In this document: piece after piece, positions 16,806-25,993 of the stretch
Position numbering within the stretch: position 1 is the stretch's first letter
Layout of the letters: every line of letters begins with the position of its first letter
Origin: Bifidobacterium longum subsp. longum JCM 1217
Lineage (GTDB): Bacteria > Actinomycetota > Actinomycetes > Actinomycetales > Bifidobacteriaceae
Length of the DNA stretch: 32,000 bases
Direction of reading: 5' to 3'
Assembly (NCBI RefSeq): GCF_000196555.1
Contig: NC_015067.1
Coordinates: 1,320,001 to 1,352,000 of the forward strand
Made by a program: the position numbers and the translations under genes
Notes under the pieces: generated by a model
The model's database searches: none
What the model was told of the DNA's origin: nothing
Seen by the model: the letters and a program-made list of their open reading frames with translations, nothing else

Positions 16806-18152
16806 TTAGGCGTATGCCTCATCCAACAGGGCGTCGATATCCGCGAAACGCTTGGGAGCGGGACGCCATACCGGGTGACCGGCCGCGATGACCAGTGCCG
16901 GGTGTTCCAACGCGCGCAGGTCGTCCAGCGGATTGGCATTCAGCACAAGCAAATCAGCGGATTTGCCGACTTCCAAAGAACCGGTCTCGGCATCGACGCC
17001 GAGAATGGAGGCGTTGACGGCAGTGGCTGCGTGCAGGGCCTCAGCCGGGCTGAAACCGGCGTATGCGACCAGCAGCTCCAGCTCACGCCATGTGGCGTAC
17101 TGCGGCACGAATGTCATGCCTGTATCGGTGCCGACGCCTATCATCAATCCGGCCTCGTGCGCTTGACGGGCACCTGAAACCATGCCGCCGACCACGTTTT
17201 TGGAATTCTCCAATTGGATGTCGGTGATGCCGGTCGCGTCCTGTCCAAGCAAGGTCAGGGGAAGGCCGGCGGAAAGTGTCGGAATCAATGCCGAGTATCC
17301 GCGCAACGCATTCGGATTGTGCCGGAACATGCCGATCAATTCGTCGTCGAGCACGCTGCCGTGTTCGATGGTATCGACGCCGGCCAGCAGCGAACGCCGC
17401 ACGCCTTCCGGGCTTTGCGCGTGCGCGCCGACAATAACACCGTACTGATGCGCCTCATCGCAAATCGCCCGCATCTGTTCCACGCTCATCTGCGGGCTGC
17501 CGGCCTCGCCGATTTCCTGTGCATCGGTTACGCCGCCGGTCGCGGCGATTTTGATGGCGTTGACGCCAGCCTTGAGATTCTGCGCGACTGCGGTACGCGC
17601 CTCTTCCGGGGTGCCGCTGGTCAGTGCGATAAGCGGGGCGCCATGGCCTTCGGGAATCGCCATCAGCGGTCCGGATGCCAAGATACGCGGTCCGAGGATT
17701 TGGCCTGCATCAATCTGATCGCGTAATGTCACGACTTCATATCCCACGTCGCCAAGCGTGCGGATCGTCGTAACGCCGGATTCCAGCAATGTTGTGGCGT
17801 TGTGTTTTACGGTTGCGGCCATGTACGGCTTGCCCAATGGCGAATGCGCGAATGTGGCGACCATACGTTGGCCTTTGGGCGTCGCCAGCTTCGGATTGAG
17901 CGGCTTGCCTTGGGAGAACAGATGGGTATGCGCATTGATCAGCCCCGGCATCACGATTTTGCCGGTGCCGTCAAGATAGTGGTATTCGGCTGGGATACTG
18001 GTTTCGATGCTGGGTGCAACCTGTTCGATACGTCCGTCGGCTCCGACCACGATCGTCATGTTACGCAGTATGGTTCCGGCTTTATCTCCGGTGACGATGG
18101 TGGCGTGGGCCAATGCGAATGGTTCGACTATCGGATTATGAGACAACATCAT
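16806..18152 (-). CDS. amidohydrolase-superfamily metal-dependent hydrolase
   Basis: It has the HxH metal motif PGLINAHTHL, plus later GAHAQS, DTIEHG and GVGTD motifs. The start is set at ATG 18152, 8 nt after GAAGGAG. The ORF-track GTG at 18161 abuts that RBS. Confidence 0.85.
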   Translation of the reverse strand: MMLSHNPIVEPFALAHATIVTGDKAGTILRNMTIVVGADGRIEQVAPSIETSIPAEYHYLDGTGKIVMPGLINAHTHLFSQGKPLNPKLATPKGQRMVATFAHSPLGKPYMAATVKHNATTLLESGVTTIRTLGDVGYEVVTLRDQIDAGQILGPRILASGPLMAIPEGHGAPLIALTSGTPEEARTAVAQNLKAGVNAIKIAATGGVTDAQEIGEAGSPQMSVEQMRAICDEAHQYGVIVGAHAQSPEGVRRSLLAGVDTIEHGSVLDDELIGMFRHNPNALRGYSALIPTLSAGLPLTLLGQDATGITDIQLENSKNVVGGMVSGARQAHEAGLMIGVGTDTGMTFVPQYATWRELELLVAYAGFSPAEALHAATAVNASILGVDAETGSLEVGKSADLLVLNANPLDDLRALEHPALVIAAGHPVWRPAPKRFADIDALLDEAYA

Positions 18153-18291
18153 CGCCGGCACTCCTTCATGCAGCTGGTTGAACTGGTCTCAACTGTATCG
18201 CAGTTTTGCCGGCTGATGGTTTATGCCGCGCGGCCTATCGCATAGGTTCGGCTGGCTATTGCGATGGTTGCTGCACCGAATACCGCATTGG

Positions 18292-20046
18292 CTATTCGGC
18301 TTGCCGCCGCGTAAAGAGACGTCTCGTCTCCTCGCACCAGAGACTGAGGCGGACATGCCAAGCGGAACCGAAGCGCACGCCAGGCATTCCGGCCTCATAA
18401 CGACGGACATGCTGGAGGCAACGGCTGACGAACACCAGTAGCATGCCGATACCGATTTCCACCGCCACAATCAGCACGGCACCCGTAACGCCGTCTTTCC
18501 ATGGGATGACGGCCATCGTGCTGCCACCCAGCCACAACGCCACCCGTTCCATCACCAGCGTGCCCCATGACGATATCCACGCGAATACGCCGGCCAGCCA
18601 TGGCTCGCACCATGCGCAGGCCAATGCCATCAATCCCGCCATCGTGGCCAATCCCACAAACGGCGACACCAACAGGTTCGCCGGCACGGACAGCAACGGC
18701 AACTCCGGTTCCATCAACACCTGAATCGGCAGGGTGAACAACTGCGCGGCCACGGTCATCGCCATCATTTCGGCGATGCCGTGCGGCATCGCTCGCTCAA
18801 AGGCACCGGCCAGCCGCCCCGCAAACAGCACGATACCCAGTACGGCGGCCGAAGACAAGGCGAATCCGTAGCTGGCCGACATATCCGGATTCACCGCCAA
18901 TACACCGATTACCGTCCAGCACAGGGCGCTCAACGCTTGCGTACGCCGCCCCATCGCATACGTCAACGCACCTATCAATCCCATGATGAACGCGCGGGTG
19001 ACCGAATCACTGGGGAACATCGCCAATGCCAGCAGCACATATACTCCAGAGACCAGCAACGCCGTCAGCCGCCGATCAAGCAGCATCCACATGCATAACC
19101 GGCGCACCAATCCCGCCACCAGTACAAAGTGGCCGCCGGATACGGCCATGAGGTGCATGATGCCGGACTGGCGGAACTGATTCTCCAACGTTTGCGCATA
19201 CGTGCTGTTGACCGGCATCGGACCGGTCTCGCCGCCGATATAATCCTGGCCAAGCACACCCATCGTCAATCCCGGCACCAACACACGCCCCTGATCGGAC
19301 AATTGTTCGGTCACGGTGAAAAACGCCTCCTGCACATGCGCAATCGCGGCGAGATGCCACGGCGGAGCCCGCACCTGTGCTACCGGCTGTTTTCCTTCCA
19401 AGAGCAGCCATAGTGGTATGCGTCCATATCGCGCTTGCTGCAATACGCCTGTCAGCAGATGGACCGCGCCTCGACGCAACTGCCCACAATACGATTCGTC
19501 GGCGTATACACGCACAGCGACCGTGGAACGTACATCCGTACCATCCACAGTGATGCCGCTCAGCCGTATGTCCGTCTGACAATCGTATGTGCGTTGGTCC
19601 GAAGCGATCACGGGCGTCGTCACCGTGGCCATGACTTCGTGGTATGAACTGGATTGGCGAGCTTGTGCGGAGGCAGGATCATGCCAGGCAATGGTGTCCG
19701 ACGCGATTGCCGTCATACTGCCGATGCACGCCACCGCAACGCATACGGTCAATGTTCCCGTCCACCGGATCCGCAGGCGGAAAGACACCACAATCATCGC
19801 CGCCACGGCAGCACATGACGCCACTGTTATAGGCAATATTCGTGTGACAGGCCATTCCATGCCGATTATGGTGACGTCAATGCCAGCTCCGGCATCGGCC
19901 TTTGCCTGACCGGTGCCGAGTCCATCAGACATCCTCCATGCGAATAATGCGTGCGCTCCCAGACTCGCCGCCCACATCACTATGGCGATCGGCAGCATCC
20001 TCCAATCGCGGCTCCCCTGCTCGCGCAGTATCCAATCCCTGCTCAT
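18292..20046 (-). CDS. comEC: ComEC/Rec2 DNA internalisation channel protein (OB/DUF4131 plus competence domain; no beta-lactamase domain)
   Basis: 584-aa polytopic membrane protein with the competence-domain motif IMHLMAVSGGHF. Its ATG overlaps the comEA stop as ATGA at 20043-20046. No HxHxDH motif occurs anywhere in the frame. Confidence 0.88.
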   Translation of the reverse strand: MSRDWILREQGSRDWRMLPIAIVMWAASLGAHALFAWRMSDGLGTGQAKADAGAGIDVTIIGMEWPVTRILPITVASCAAVAAMIVVSFRLRIRWTGTLTVCVAVACIGSMTAIASDTIAWHDPASAQARQSSSYHEVMATVTTPVIASDQRTYDCQTDIRLSGITVDGTDVRSTVAVRVYADESYCGQLRRGAVHLLTGVLQQARYGRIPLWLLLEGKQPVAQVRAPPWHLAAIAHVQEAFFTVTEQLSDQGRVLVPGLTMGVLGQDYIGGETGPMPVNSTYAQTLENQFRQSGIMHLMAVSGGHFVLVAGLVRRLCMWMLLDRRLTALLVSGVYVLLALAMFPSDSVTRAFIMGLIGALTYAMGRRTQALSALCWTVIGVLAVNPDMSASYGFALSSAAVLGIVLFAGRLAGAFERAMPHGIAEMMAMTVAAQLFTLPIQVLMEPELPLLSVPANLLVSPFVGLATMAGLMALACAWCEPWLAGVFAWISSWGTLVMERVALWLGGSTMAVIPWKDGVTGAVLIVAVEIGIGMLLVFVSRCLQHVRRYEAGMPGVRFGSAWHVRLSLWCEETRRLFTRRQAE

Positions 20047-20822
20047 CCGACCGTCACCTGCCCTCGCATGGTCTCCAACGTCTTGGAGCCGATGCCTTTG
20101 ACATCCAGCAGCTGATCGACTGATGTATACCCGCCAATCGCCGTGCGATGATCAATGATCCGCTGAGCGGTAACCGGCCCAATACCTTTGATGGATTGCA
20201 ATTCCTCAGCGGTAGCCGTGTTGAGGTTGATAAGACCATGCGTGGAAGCGCCGGCATCGCTGCCGTCCGTCTGCATGTGCGGAGATTGCGTGGTATCCGA
20301 TTCGGGGTTCGCTGTGGCATCGGAATGCTCCGACTGCTGCGGATCCGTGCGTTTCTCGTCCGTGGTGTTCTGCGATGGCATCGTCTGATCTCCAGCGGAG
20401 CCGCCCGTGGTCTGCATGGCGGTCGGTTGAGACAGCATGGCCATATTCATCGACTGTTGGACCAGCAATGCCAAGCTGATGCCAAGGGCGACGATCAGCA
20501 GCAATATCACGGCCAAGGCATGCCCAATGGTGAACGACAATCGCGGCTGATCCCGGGTGAGTCTGGCTGATTCGCCGACGGCATCGGCGGAACGTACGCC
20601 AATCAGATCCGATAACGCACGTTTGTCACGGGTCGCCTGCCGCAGGCCGCTCTGCGCCCTTTGGGGCGGGTGGCCAGCCGGACGGATCCGTGCATGGCCA
20701 GGAGGCGGCGGAGGCGTCGTGGGCCGTTCCACTCGCGGTTGGGGCATGGCTGCGCTCTGCCTGCTGAATGCGCGCAAACGGTTGGCGGCATGGTCTGCGC
20801 GATGGTTATGAGAAACGCCCAT
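20043..20822 (-). CDS. comEA: ComEA family DNA-binding protein (TM anchor plus C-terminal helix-hairpin-helix pair)
   Basis: The C-terminus is LINLNTATAEELQSIKGIGPVTAQRIIDHR...VDQLLDVKGIGSKTLETM, with one TM segment (LAVILLLIVALGISLALLV). The start is uncertain: ATG 20822 or ATG 20747. Neither has a good SD. Confidence 0.85.
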   Translation of the reverse strand: MGVSHNHRADHAANRLRAFSRQSAAMPQPRVERPTTPPPPPGHARIRPAGHPPQRAQSGLRQATRDKRALSDLIGVRSADAVGESARLTRDQPRLSFTIGHALAVILLLIVALGISLALLVQQSMNMAMLSQPTAMQTTGGSAGDQTMPSQNTTDEKRTDPQQSEHSDATANPESDTTQSPHMQTDGSDAGASTHGLINLNTATAEELQSIKGIGPVTAQRIIDHRTAIGGYTSVDQLLDVKGIGSKTLETMRGQVTVG

Positions 20823-20851
20823 GCATCCACGCTGATGGATTCATGGGCGTT

Positions 20852-20902
20852 TGTCCAGCTGAAACGGGGTATGTGGTTCTAGCTTATGAAGTTATCCACA
20901 AT
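20852..20902. promoter_or_regulatory. conserved 51-nt element, copy 2, upstream of comEA
   Basis: It is 44/51 identical to 11703-11753. The core palindrome spans 20872-20900 and TTATCCACA is at 20892-20900. It lies 29 nt (or 104 nt) upstream of the candidate comEA starts. Confidence 0.6.
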
Positions 20903-20918
20903 TGAGGTGGGCGGTTGA

Positions 20919-20974
20919 CGCTCCCCTCAGTCTCGCTACGCGAGCCAGCTCCCTCAAAGAGGGGAGCTGGCTCG
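20919..20974. repeat. REP-like stem-loop repeat, copy 3; probable leuS terminator hairpin
   Basis: CGAGCCAGCTCCCTC (20941-20955) pairs with GAGGGGAGCTGGCTCG (20959-20974), giving 15 bp plus one bulge and loop AAA. It begins 8 nt after the leuS stop. It is preceded by CTCCCCTCAGTCTCGCTACG, which is shared with 3041-3158. Confidence 0.65.
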
Positions 20975-20981
20975 CAACAAG

Positions 20982-23945
20982 TCACTCCGCGGGAACGATG
21001 GAGACGATCTTCGGGGCCTTGACGATCACCTTGCGCGGCTCCTTGCCGCCAAGACGGTCGGCGACGGCGGCCAGCGCCTGCTTCTCGAGATCGGCCGGAT
21101 CGATGTCGACCGGCACTTCGAGCTTGGCGCGCACCTTGCCCTTGATCTGCACCACGGCGGTCACGGTGTCGTGGCCCACGTAGCGTTCGTCGGCCACCGG
21201 CCACGGCTCGGCGGACAGGGATTCGGCGTGACCGAGCTTGCTCCACATCTCCTCGCAGATGTGCGGGGCAATCGGCGCGAGCATCAGGATCAGCGGCTCC
21301 ACGGCGGCACGCGGCACAGCCTTCAGACCGGTCAGGTGGTTGTTGAGCACGATGAGCTTGGCGATGGCGGTGTTCGGGCGCATGCCTTCCATTTCCGCGG
21401 TCACTTCGGCAATCGTGTTGTTGAGCAGCTTCAGGGTCTTTTCGTCCGGCGTGTCCTCAGTCACATGGGCCTGGCCGGTGGTCTCATCGACCACATTGCG
21501 CCACAGACGCTGCAGGAAGCGCATGCCACCGACCACGTTGCGGGTGTTCCACGGGCGAGACTCGTCCAGCGGGCCCATGCTCATTTCGTACAGGCGGAAG
21601 GTGTCGGCACCGTAGTTCTCGTACATGTAGTCCGGGGTCACGATGTTCTTGAGGGACTTGCCCATCTTGCCGAACTCGCGGTTGGCATGTTCGCCGTTCC
21701 AGGTGAAGGTCGGCTCGCCGGAGGCGTCGGCCGGGCCTTCCACGACCTCGTCGGCCGGCACGTACTGGCCGCGGTCGTCGGTGTAGGCGTAGGCCTGGAT
21801 CATGCCCTGGTTGAACAGCTTGTGGAACGGTTCGGCCGAGTCCACGTAGCCGAGGTCGAAGAGCACCTTGTGCCAGAAGCGGGAGTAGAGCAGGTGGAGC
21901 ACAGCGTGTTCGACGCCGCCGATGTACAGGTCCACACCGCCTTCATCACCCGAGTACTTGTTGTGGTTCGGGCCCATCCAGTAGTCGAACTCGTCCTTCT
22001 CCACCATGTGCTTGGTGTCGGTCGGGTCGATGTAACGCATGTAGTACCAGCAGGAGCCGGCCCAGTTCGGCATGGTGTTGGTGTCGCGGTAGTAGGTCTT
22101 CTTGCCGTCGCCCAAGTCGAGCTCGACCTTGACCCAGTCCTCGTTGCGGCTCAACGGTGCCTCCGGGTTGGACTCGGCGTCCATCGGATCGAAGGTGCGC
22201 GGCTCATAGTCGGGCACGTCGGGCAGGTTGATCGGCAATGCGGAATCCGGCAGCAGGTGCGGGGTGCCGTCTTCGCCGTAGACGATCGGGAAGGGCTCGC
22301 CCCAGTAGCGCTGGCGGGAGAACAGCCAGTCGCGCAGACGGTAGCTTACGGTGCCCTTGCCCACGCCGGCGGATTCGAGCCAGGCGTTGACCTTGGCGAT
22401 GGCGTCGTCCACGCGCAGGCCGTTAAGGCTCAGCGCGTCGCCCTTGGCTTCGGTGGCCTCGACGGAGGAGTTGATCACGATGCCGTCATGGGAGACGAAC
22501 GGCGCCTTGCCCTCGTAGTTGGCCAAGTCGTCGCCGGAATCCGGCAGAGGCGTGACGGTGTAGATGACAGGCAGACCGAACTTCACGGCAAAGTCGTAAT
22601 CGCGCTGGTCGCCACCAGGCACGGCCATAATGGCACCGGTGCCGTAGTCCATCAGCACGTAGTCGGCAGTAAACAGCGGGAGCTTCGCGCCGGTGATCGG
22701 GTTGGTGGCGTACAGGCCGGTGAACAGACCGGTCTTCTCACCGGCCTCGTTCACGCGGTCCTTGGCGGTCTTGGCTTCGGCGGCCAGACGGTAGGCCTTC
22801 ACCGCCTCGACCGGGTTGGCATAGCCGCCCTTCCAGTCTTCGGGTACATCGGCCGGCCATTCGGCGGGCACGTTCTCCAGCAGGTGATGTTCCGGGGAAA
22901 CCACGGCGAACGTGGTGCCGAACAGCGTGTCGGGACGGGTGGTGTAGATTTCCATGTCCTTGTCACCGTCGGCAGTGGCCACGGTGAAGTGCACGGAGGC
23001 ACCATGGGATTCACCGATCCAGTTGCGCTGCATGAGCTTGACCTTCTCAGGCCAGTTGATGCCGTCAAGATCGGCGATGAGGCGGTGGCCGTACTTGGTG
23101 ATGCGCATGGACCACTGGCGTAGCTCACGCTGGAAGACCGGGAAGTTGCCACGCTCGGACTTACCTTCGGCGGTGACCTCCTCGTTGGCCAGCACGGTGC
23201 CCAGACCCGGGCACCAGTTGACCGGGGACTTGGAGATGTAGGCCAGGCGGAAGTCGTTCAAGATATCCTGCTGCTCGGCGTCAGTGAGGTCGGACCACTG
23301 CTTGCCGTCGGACTCGTGGCCCGGAATGGCCTTTTCGCCGGATTCGAACTTGGCCACGAGCTCGGCGATCGGGCGTGCGGAGCCCTTGGAGCCGGACGGG
23401 TTGGTGGCGTCCTCGTCGTACCAGGAATCGTAGATGCGCGAGAAGATCCATTGGGTCCAGCGCACGTAGCCGGGGTCGATGGTGGCGAACGTACGACGGT
23501 TGTCGAAGCTCAGGCCCATACGGTGCAGCTGGCGGCTCATGTTGGCGATGTTCGCCTCAGTGGTCACGCGCGGGTGCTGGCCGGTCTGGACTGCGTACTG
23601 TTCGGCAGGCAGGCCGAAGGCGTCGTAACCCATGGCGTGCAGGACGTTCTCGCCCTTCATGCGGTGGTAGCGGCTCACCACGTCGGAGGCCAGGTAGCCC
23701 AGCGGGTGGCCGACGTGCAGGCCCTTGCCGGACGGGTAGGGAAACATGTCCATGGCGAAGTAGGCGGTGCGGCCTTCGGCGTTACGGCCCTTGCCGTCCT
23801 TCAAATCGCCGTTGACGTTGGCGGCCCAGAAGGTGCCTTGCTCGTCCCAAATCTTCTGCCACTTGTTTTCGATGTCCTGCGCCAGTGCGGCGTTGTAGCG
23901 GAAGTTGGGCTCTTCGGTTTGCGTGCTCTTCTCGTTGTCACTCAT
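20982..23945 (-). CDS. leuS: leucine--tRNA ligase
   Basis: 987 aa with the class I motifs HVGHPLGY (HIGH) and KMGKSLKN (KMSKS). LeuS-type editing-domain and C-terminal sequences are present. Confidence 0.97.
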   Translation of the reverse strand: MSDNEKSTQTEEPNFRYNAALAQDIENKWQKIWDEQGTFWAANVNGDLKDGKGRNAEGRTAYFAMDMFPYPSGKGLHVGHPLGYLASDVVSRYHRMKGENVLHAMGYDAFGLPAEQYAVQTGQHPRVTTEANIANMSRQLHRMGLSFDNRRTFATIDPGYVRWTQWIFSRIYDSWYDEDATNPSGSKGSARPIAELVAKFESGEKAIPGHESDGKQWSDLTDAEQQDILNDFRLAYISKSPVNWCPGLGTVLANEEVTAEGKSERGNFPVFQRELRQWSMRITKYGHRLIADLDGINWPEKVKLMQRNWIGESHGASVHFTVATADGDKDMEIYTTRPDTLFGTTFAVVSPEHHLLENVPAEWPADVPEDWKGGYANPVEAVKAYRLAAEAKTAKDRVNEAGEKTGLFTGLYATNPITGAKLPLFTADYVLMDYGTGAIMAVPGGDQRDYDFAVKFGLPVIYTVTPLPDSGDDLANYEGKAPFVSHDGIVINSSVEATEAKGDALSLNGLRVDDAIAKVNAWLESAGVGKGTVSYRLRDWLFSRQRYWGEPFPIVYGEDGTPHLLPDSALPINLPDVPDYEPRTFDPMDAESNPEAPLSRNEDWVKVELDLGDGKKTYYRDTNTMPNWAGSCWYYMRYIDPTDTKHMVEKDEFDYWMGPNHNKYSGDEGGVDLYIGGVEHAVLHLLYSRFWHKVLFDLGYVDSAEPFHKLFNQGMIQAYAYTDDRGQYVPADEVVEGPADASGEPTFTWNGEHANREFGKMGKSLKNIVTPDYMYENYGADTFRLYEMSMGPLDESRPWNTRNVVGGMRFLQRLWRNVVDETTGQAHVTEDTPDEKTLKLLNNTIAEVTAEMEGMRPNTAIAKLIVLNNHLTGLKAVPRAAVEPLILMLAPIAPHICEEMWSKLGHAESLSAEPWPVADERYVGHDTVTAVVQIKGKVRAKLEVPVDIDPADLEKQALAAVADRLGGKEPRKVIVKAPKIVSIVPAE

Positions 23946-23987
23946 AAATCAGCAAGGTAGCCTCGCAACTGGACACGTCGTCAATCG

Positions 23988-24881
23988 TTATTCAGCATCC
24001 GAGACGATGGCTTTGGGGTCGCCGTTCAGCGAAACCGTGAGCTTTGTTTGGCTTGTGAACGTATCCTTGGCGGCCGTCCAGCTGCCATCCTCAACCATGT
24101 CTTCCAATGCTTCCGCGATTTTCTGCGCCAATTGGCTGGTGCCTTGACTCACGGCGATGCCATAACCGACCTCGCCCTTGTCCGCAATCACGTCCATATA
24201 CTGGGGCCCGTTGGCCGCTTGAAGACCGGAAAGCACCGCCATATCGGAGGCTATGGCATCCGCCGACCCTACTTGCACGGCCGTGACGCACTGCGCATAA
24301 CTGCTGCGCTCCTGAATCCGGGCCTGCGGGTGGTTGCCGCGGAAGATGCCGACTGTCTCGTCACCTTTCACTGCGCACACCGTGCCGTCGCCTACGTCAC
24401 CCACCGAACCTGCGTCATTGGTGAATCGGCCACGCTCATCCGACCTGACCAGCAAACCGACGCTGGTCGTGAGGTATGGTCCGGCAAAATCAACGATCGC
24501 GCTGGACTCATCGGTGATAGGCCAAGAGGCGACGACCATGTCGACCTGTCCATTGTCCAGCATGGAGCGCCGGTTTTCGGGGCGAACCTGTTTGAAGACG
24601 ATCTGCTTGTTCGCATAGCCGAGTTTGGCGGCCACGTATTTGGCGATGGTGATGTCGAAGCCCTGGTATGTGCCGTCATGCCATGCTCCCACCGATGGCT
24701 CGTCGGCTGCGACCCCAATGGCGATGGTGGGCCCCTCCGGCGCTCCGGAGACGGTGGTGACTTGAATTTGGCCGCAACCGGCCAGACCGGATAATGGCAA
24801 TATCACGCCAAAGGCCGCGGCGAATCCTGCCATCAGTCGGGAGCGAAATCCGCGCCGCATCGGACGGCGAGCGCGGAGCAT
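23988..24881 (-). CDS. amino-acid ABC transporter substrate-binding lipoprotein (family 3 SBP)
   Basis: It has a signal peptide with lipobox LSGLAGC and an SBP_bac_3-like body (FDITIAKYVAAKLG, VDMVVASWPIT). The ORF-track start at 25016 overlaps corA, so the start is more likely ATG 24881 or 24860 (24914 is also possible). No permease or ATPase gene is adjacent. Confidence 0.78.
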   Translation of the reverse strand: MLRARRPMRRGFRSRLMAGFAAAFGVILPLSGLAGCGQIQVTTVSGAPEGPTIAIGVAADEPSVGAWHDGTYQGFDITIAKYVAAKLGYANKQIVFKQVRPENRRSMLDNGQVDMVVASWPITDESSAIVDFAGPYLTTSVGLLVRSDERGRFTNDAGSVGDVGDGTVCAVKGDETVGIFRGNHPQARIQERSSYAQCVTAVQVGSADAIASDMAVLSGLQAANGPQYMDVIADKGEVGYGIAVSQGTSQLAQKIAEALEDMVEDGSWTAAKDTFTSQTKLTVSLNGDPKAIVSDAE

Positions 24882-24928
24882 GCTACGGCTGGCGAACGAT
24901 GACCAGTGGTGCATAACCGTCAAACGCC

Positions 24929-25879
24929 TTACTTGAACATGCGCGAACGCGTGAGGAACCAGGCAACCGCACCGGAGAGCACCATGGAAATCACGATAAT
25001 GAGCATGAAACCCCACGGCTTGTCAGTGAACGGCATACCCATCATGCCGCCATCGAAGTTCATGCCGTACATCGAGAAGATCAGGGTCGGGATGGACAGT
25101 GTGATGGAGATGATGGTGAAGATGCGCATCACGTTGTTCAGGTTGTTGGACACGATCGAGGCGAAAGCGTCGGTCATGTTCGCAAGAACGCCGCTGTAAA
25201 TGTTGGCCATCTCGATAGCCTGCTTGTTTTCGGTGATGACGTCGTCGAGCAGGTCCTCGTCGTCCGGGTATTGCTTGATGCGTTGCAGGGTGGTGAGCTT
25301 CTCCATCACGATTTCGTTCGATTTCAGCGATGTGGTGAAATACACCAAAGTCTTGCTCAGCTCCATGAGCATCACGATCTCGCGGTTCTGCATGGAGTGG
25401 CGCAGCTTCAGTTCAAGCTTGTCGCTTTCGCGGTCGATGATGCGCAGGTAACGCAGGTACATCGTGGCGTTGCGGTACAGGATCTGCAGGATGAAGCGCG
25501 AACGCATGAAGGTGTTGAAGCCTCGGATCGTGCCTTCCATGAATGGGTGGAGCACGGGCGTGTCCTGCATGCAGACGGTGATGATGAGGTTTTCGGTGAC
25601 GATGATCGACAGCGGGATGGTCTCGTACCAGTCGCGTCCGCCACGCTCTTCCACGGTGGGAATGTCGACGATGATCATCGTGTAATCGTCTTCGACGTCT
25701 ACACGTGAACGTTCCTCGTCATCCAAAGGGGCACGCAGGTCGGCCAGGTCGATGCCGGTTTGCGAGGCGACGGTGGCGAGCTCCACATCAGTGGGTTCGC
25801 TCAAACATAACCAGGAGCCGTTTTCCGGTTTCTCGATCTGCTCCACTTGGCCATTGATTGAGCTGAAGATTCTCAGCAT
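24929..25879 (-). CDS. corA: CorA family magnesium/cobalt transporter
   Basis: 316 aa with two C-terminal TM helices flanking the YGMNF signature. Confidence 0.92.
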   Translation of the reverse strand: MLRIFSSINGQVEQIEKPENGSWLCLSEPTDVELATVASQTGIDLADLRAPLDDEERSRVDVEDDYTMIIVDIPTVEERGGRDWYETIPLSIIVTENLIITVCMQDTPVLHPFMEGTIRGFNTFMRSRFILQILYRNATMYLRYLRIIDRESDKLELKLRHSMQNREIVMLMELSKTLVYFTTSLKSNEIVMEKLTTLQRIKQYPDDEDLLDDVITENKQAIEMANIYSGVLANMTDAFASIVSNNLNNVMRIFTIISITLSIPTLIFSMYGMNFDGGMMGMPFTDKPWGFMLIIVISMVLSGAVAWFLTRSRMFK

Positions 25880-25993
25880 GTCGTCTCACCCGCCTTCCGC
25901 GCTTTCTTACTGTTCTATCGCTGTACGGTTCCAAACCGAGATTAGTCTAGACCCACCGTTCGAATTTGCGAGCGGGGTTTCGCATAGCGACCA

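Noticed and set aside
21171-23123. 650-aa plus-strand ORF inside leuS. The same class includes 6429-7721 (+), 7741-9045 (-), 1927-2949 (+), 13493-14506 (+), 14088-15092 (+), 15787-16809 (+), 24048-24794 (+) and 31241-31933 (-).
   Set aside because: All of these are mirror frames of confidently identified genes. They have a low-complexity G/V/A/H/R/D composition and no RBS or start context.
23946-23987. T-box or other leader upstream of leuS, and an M-box riboswitch upstream of corA (25880-25993)
   Set aside because: The leuS upstream gap is only 42 nt, and the corA leader is about 114 nt. Both are too short for those RNAs, and I could not find their conserved cores in either.
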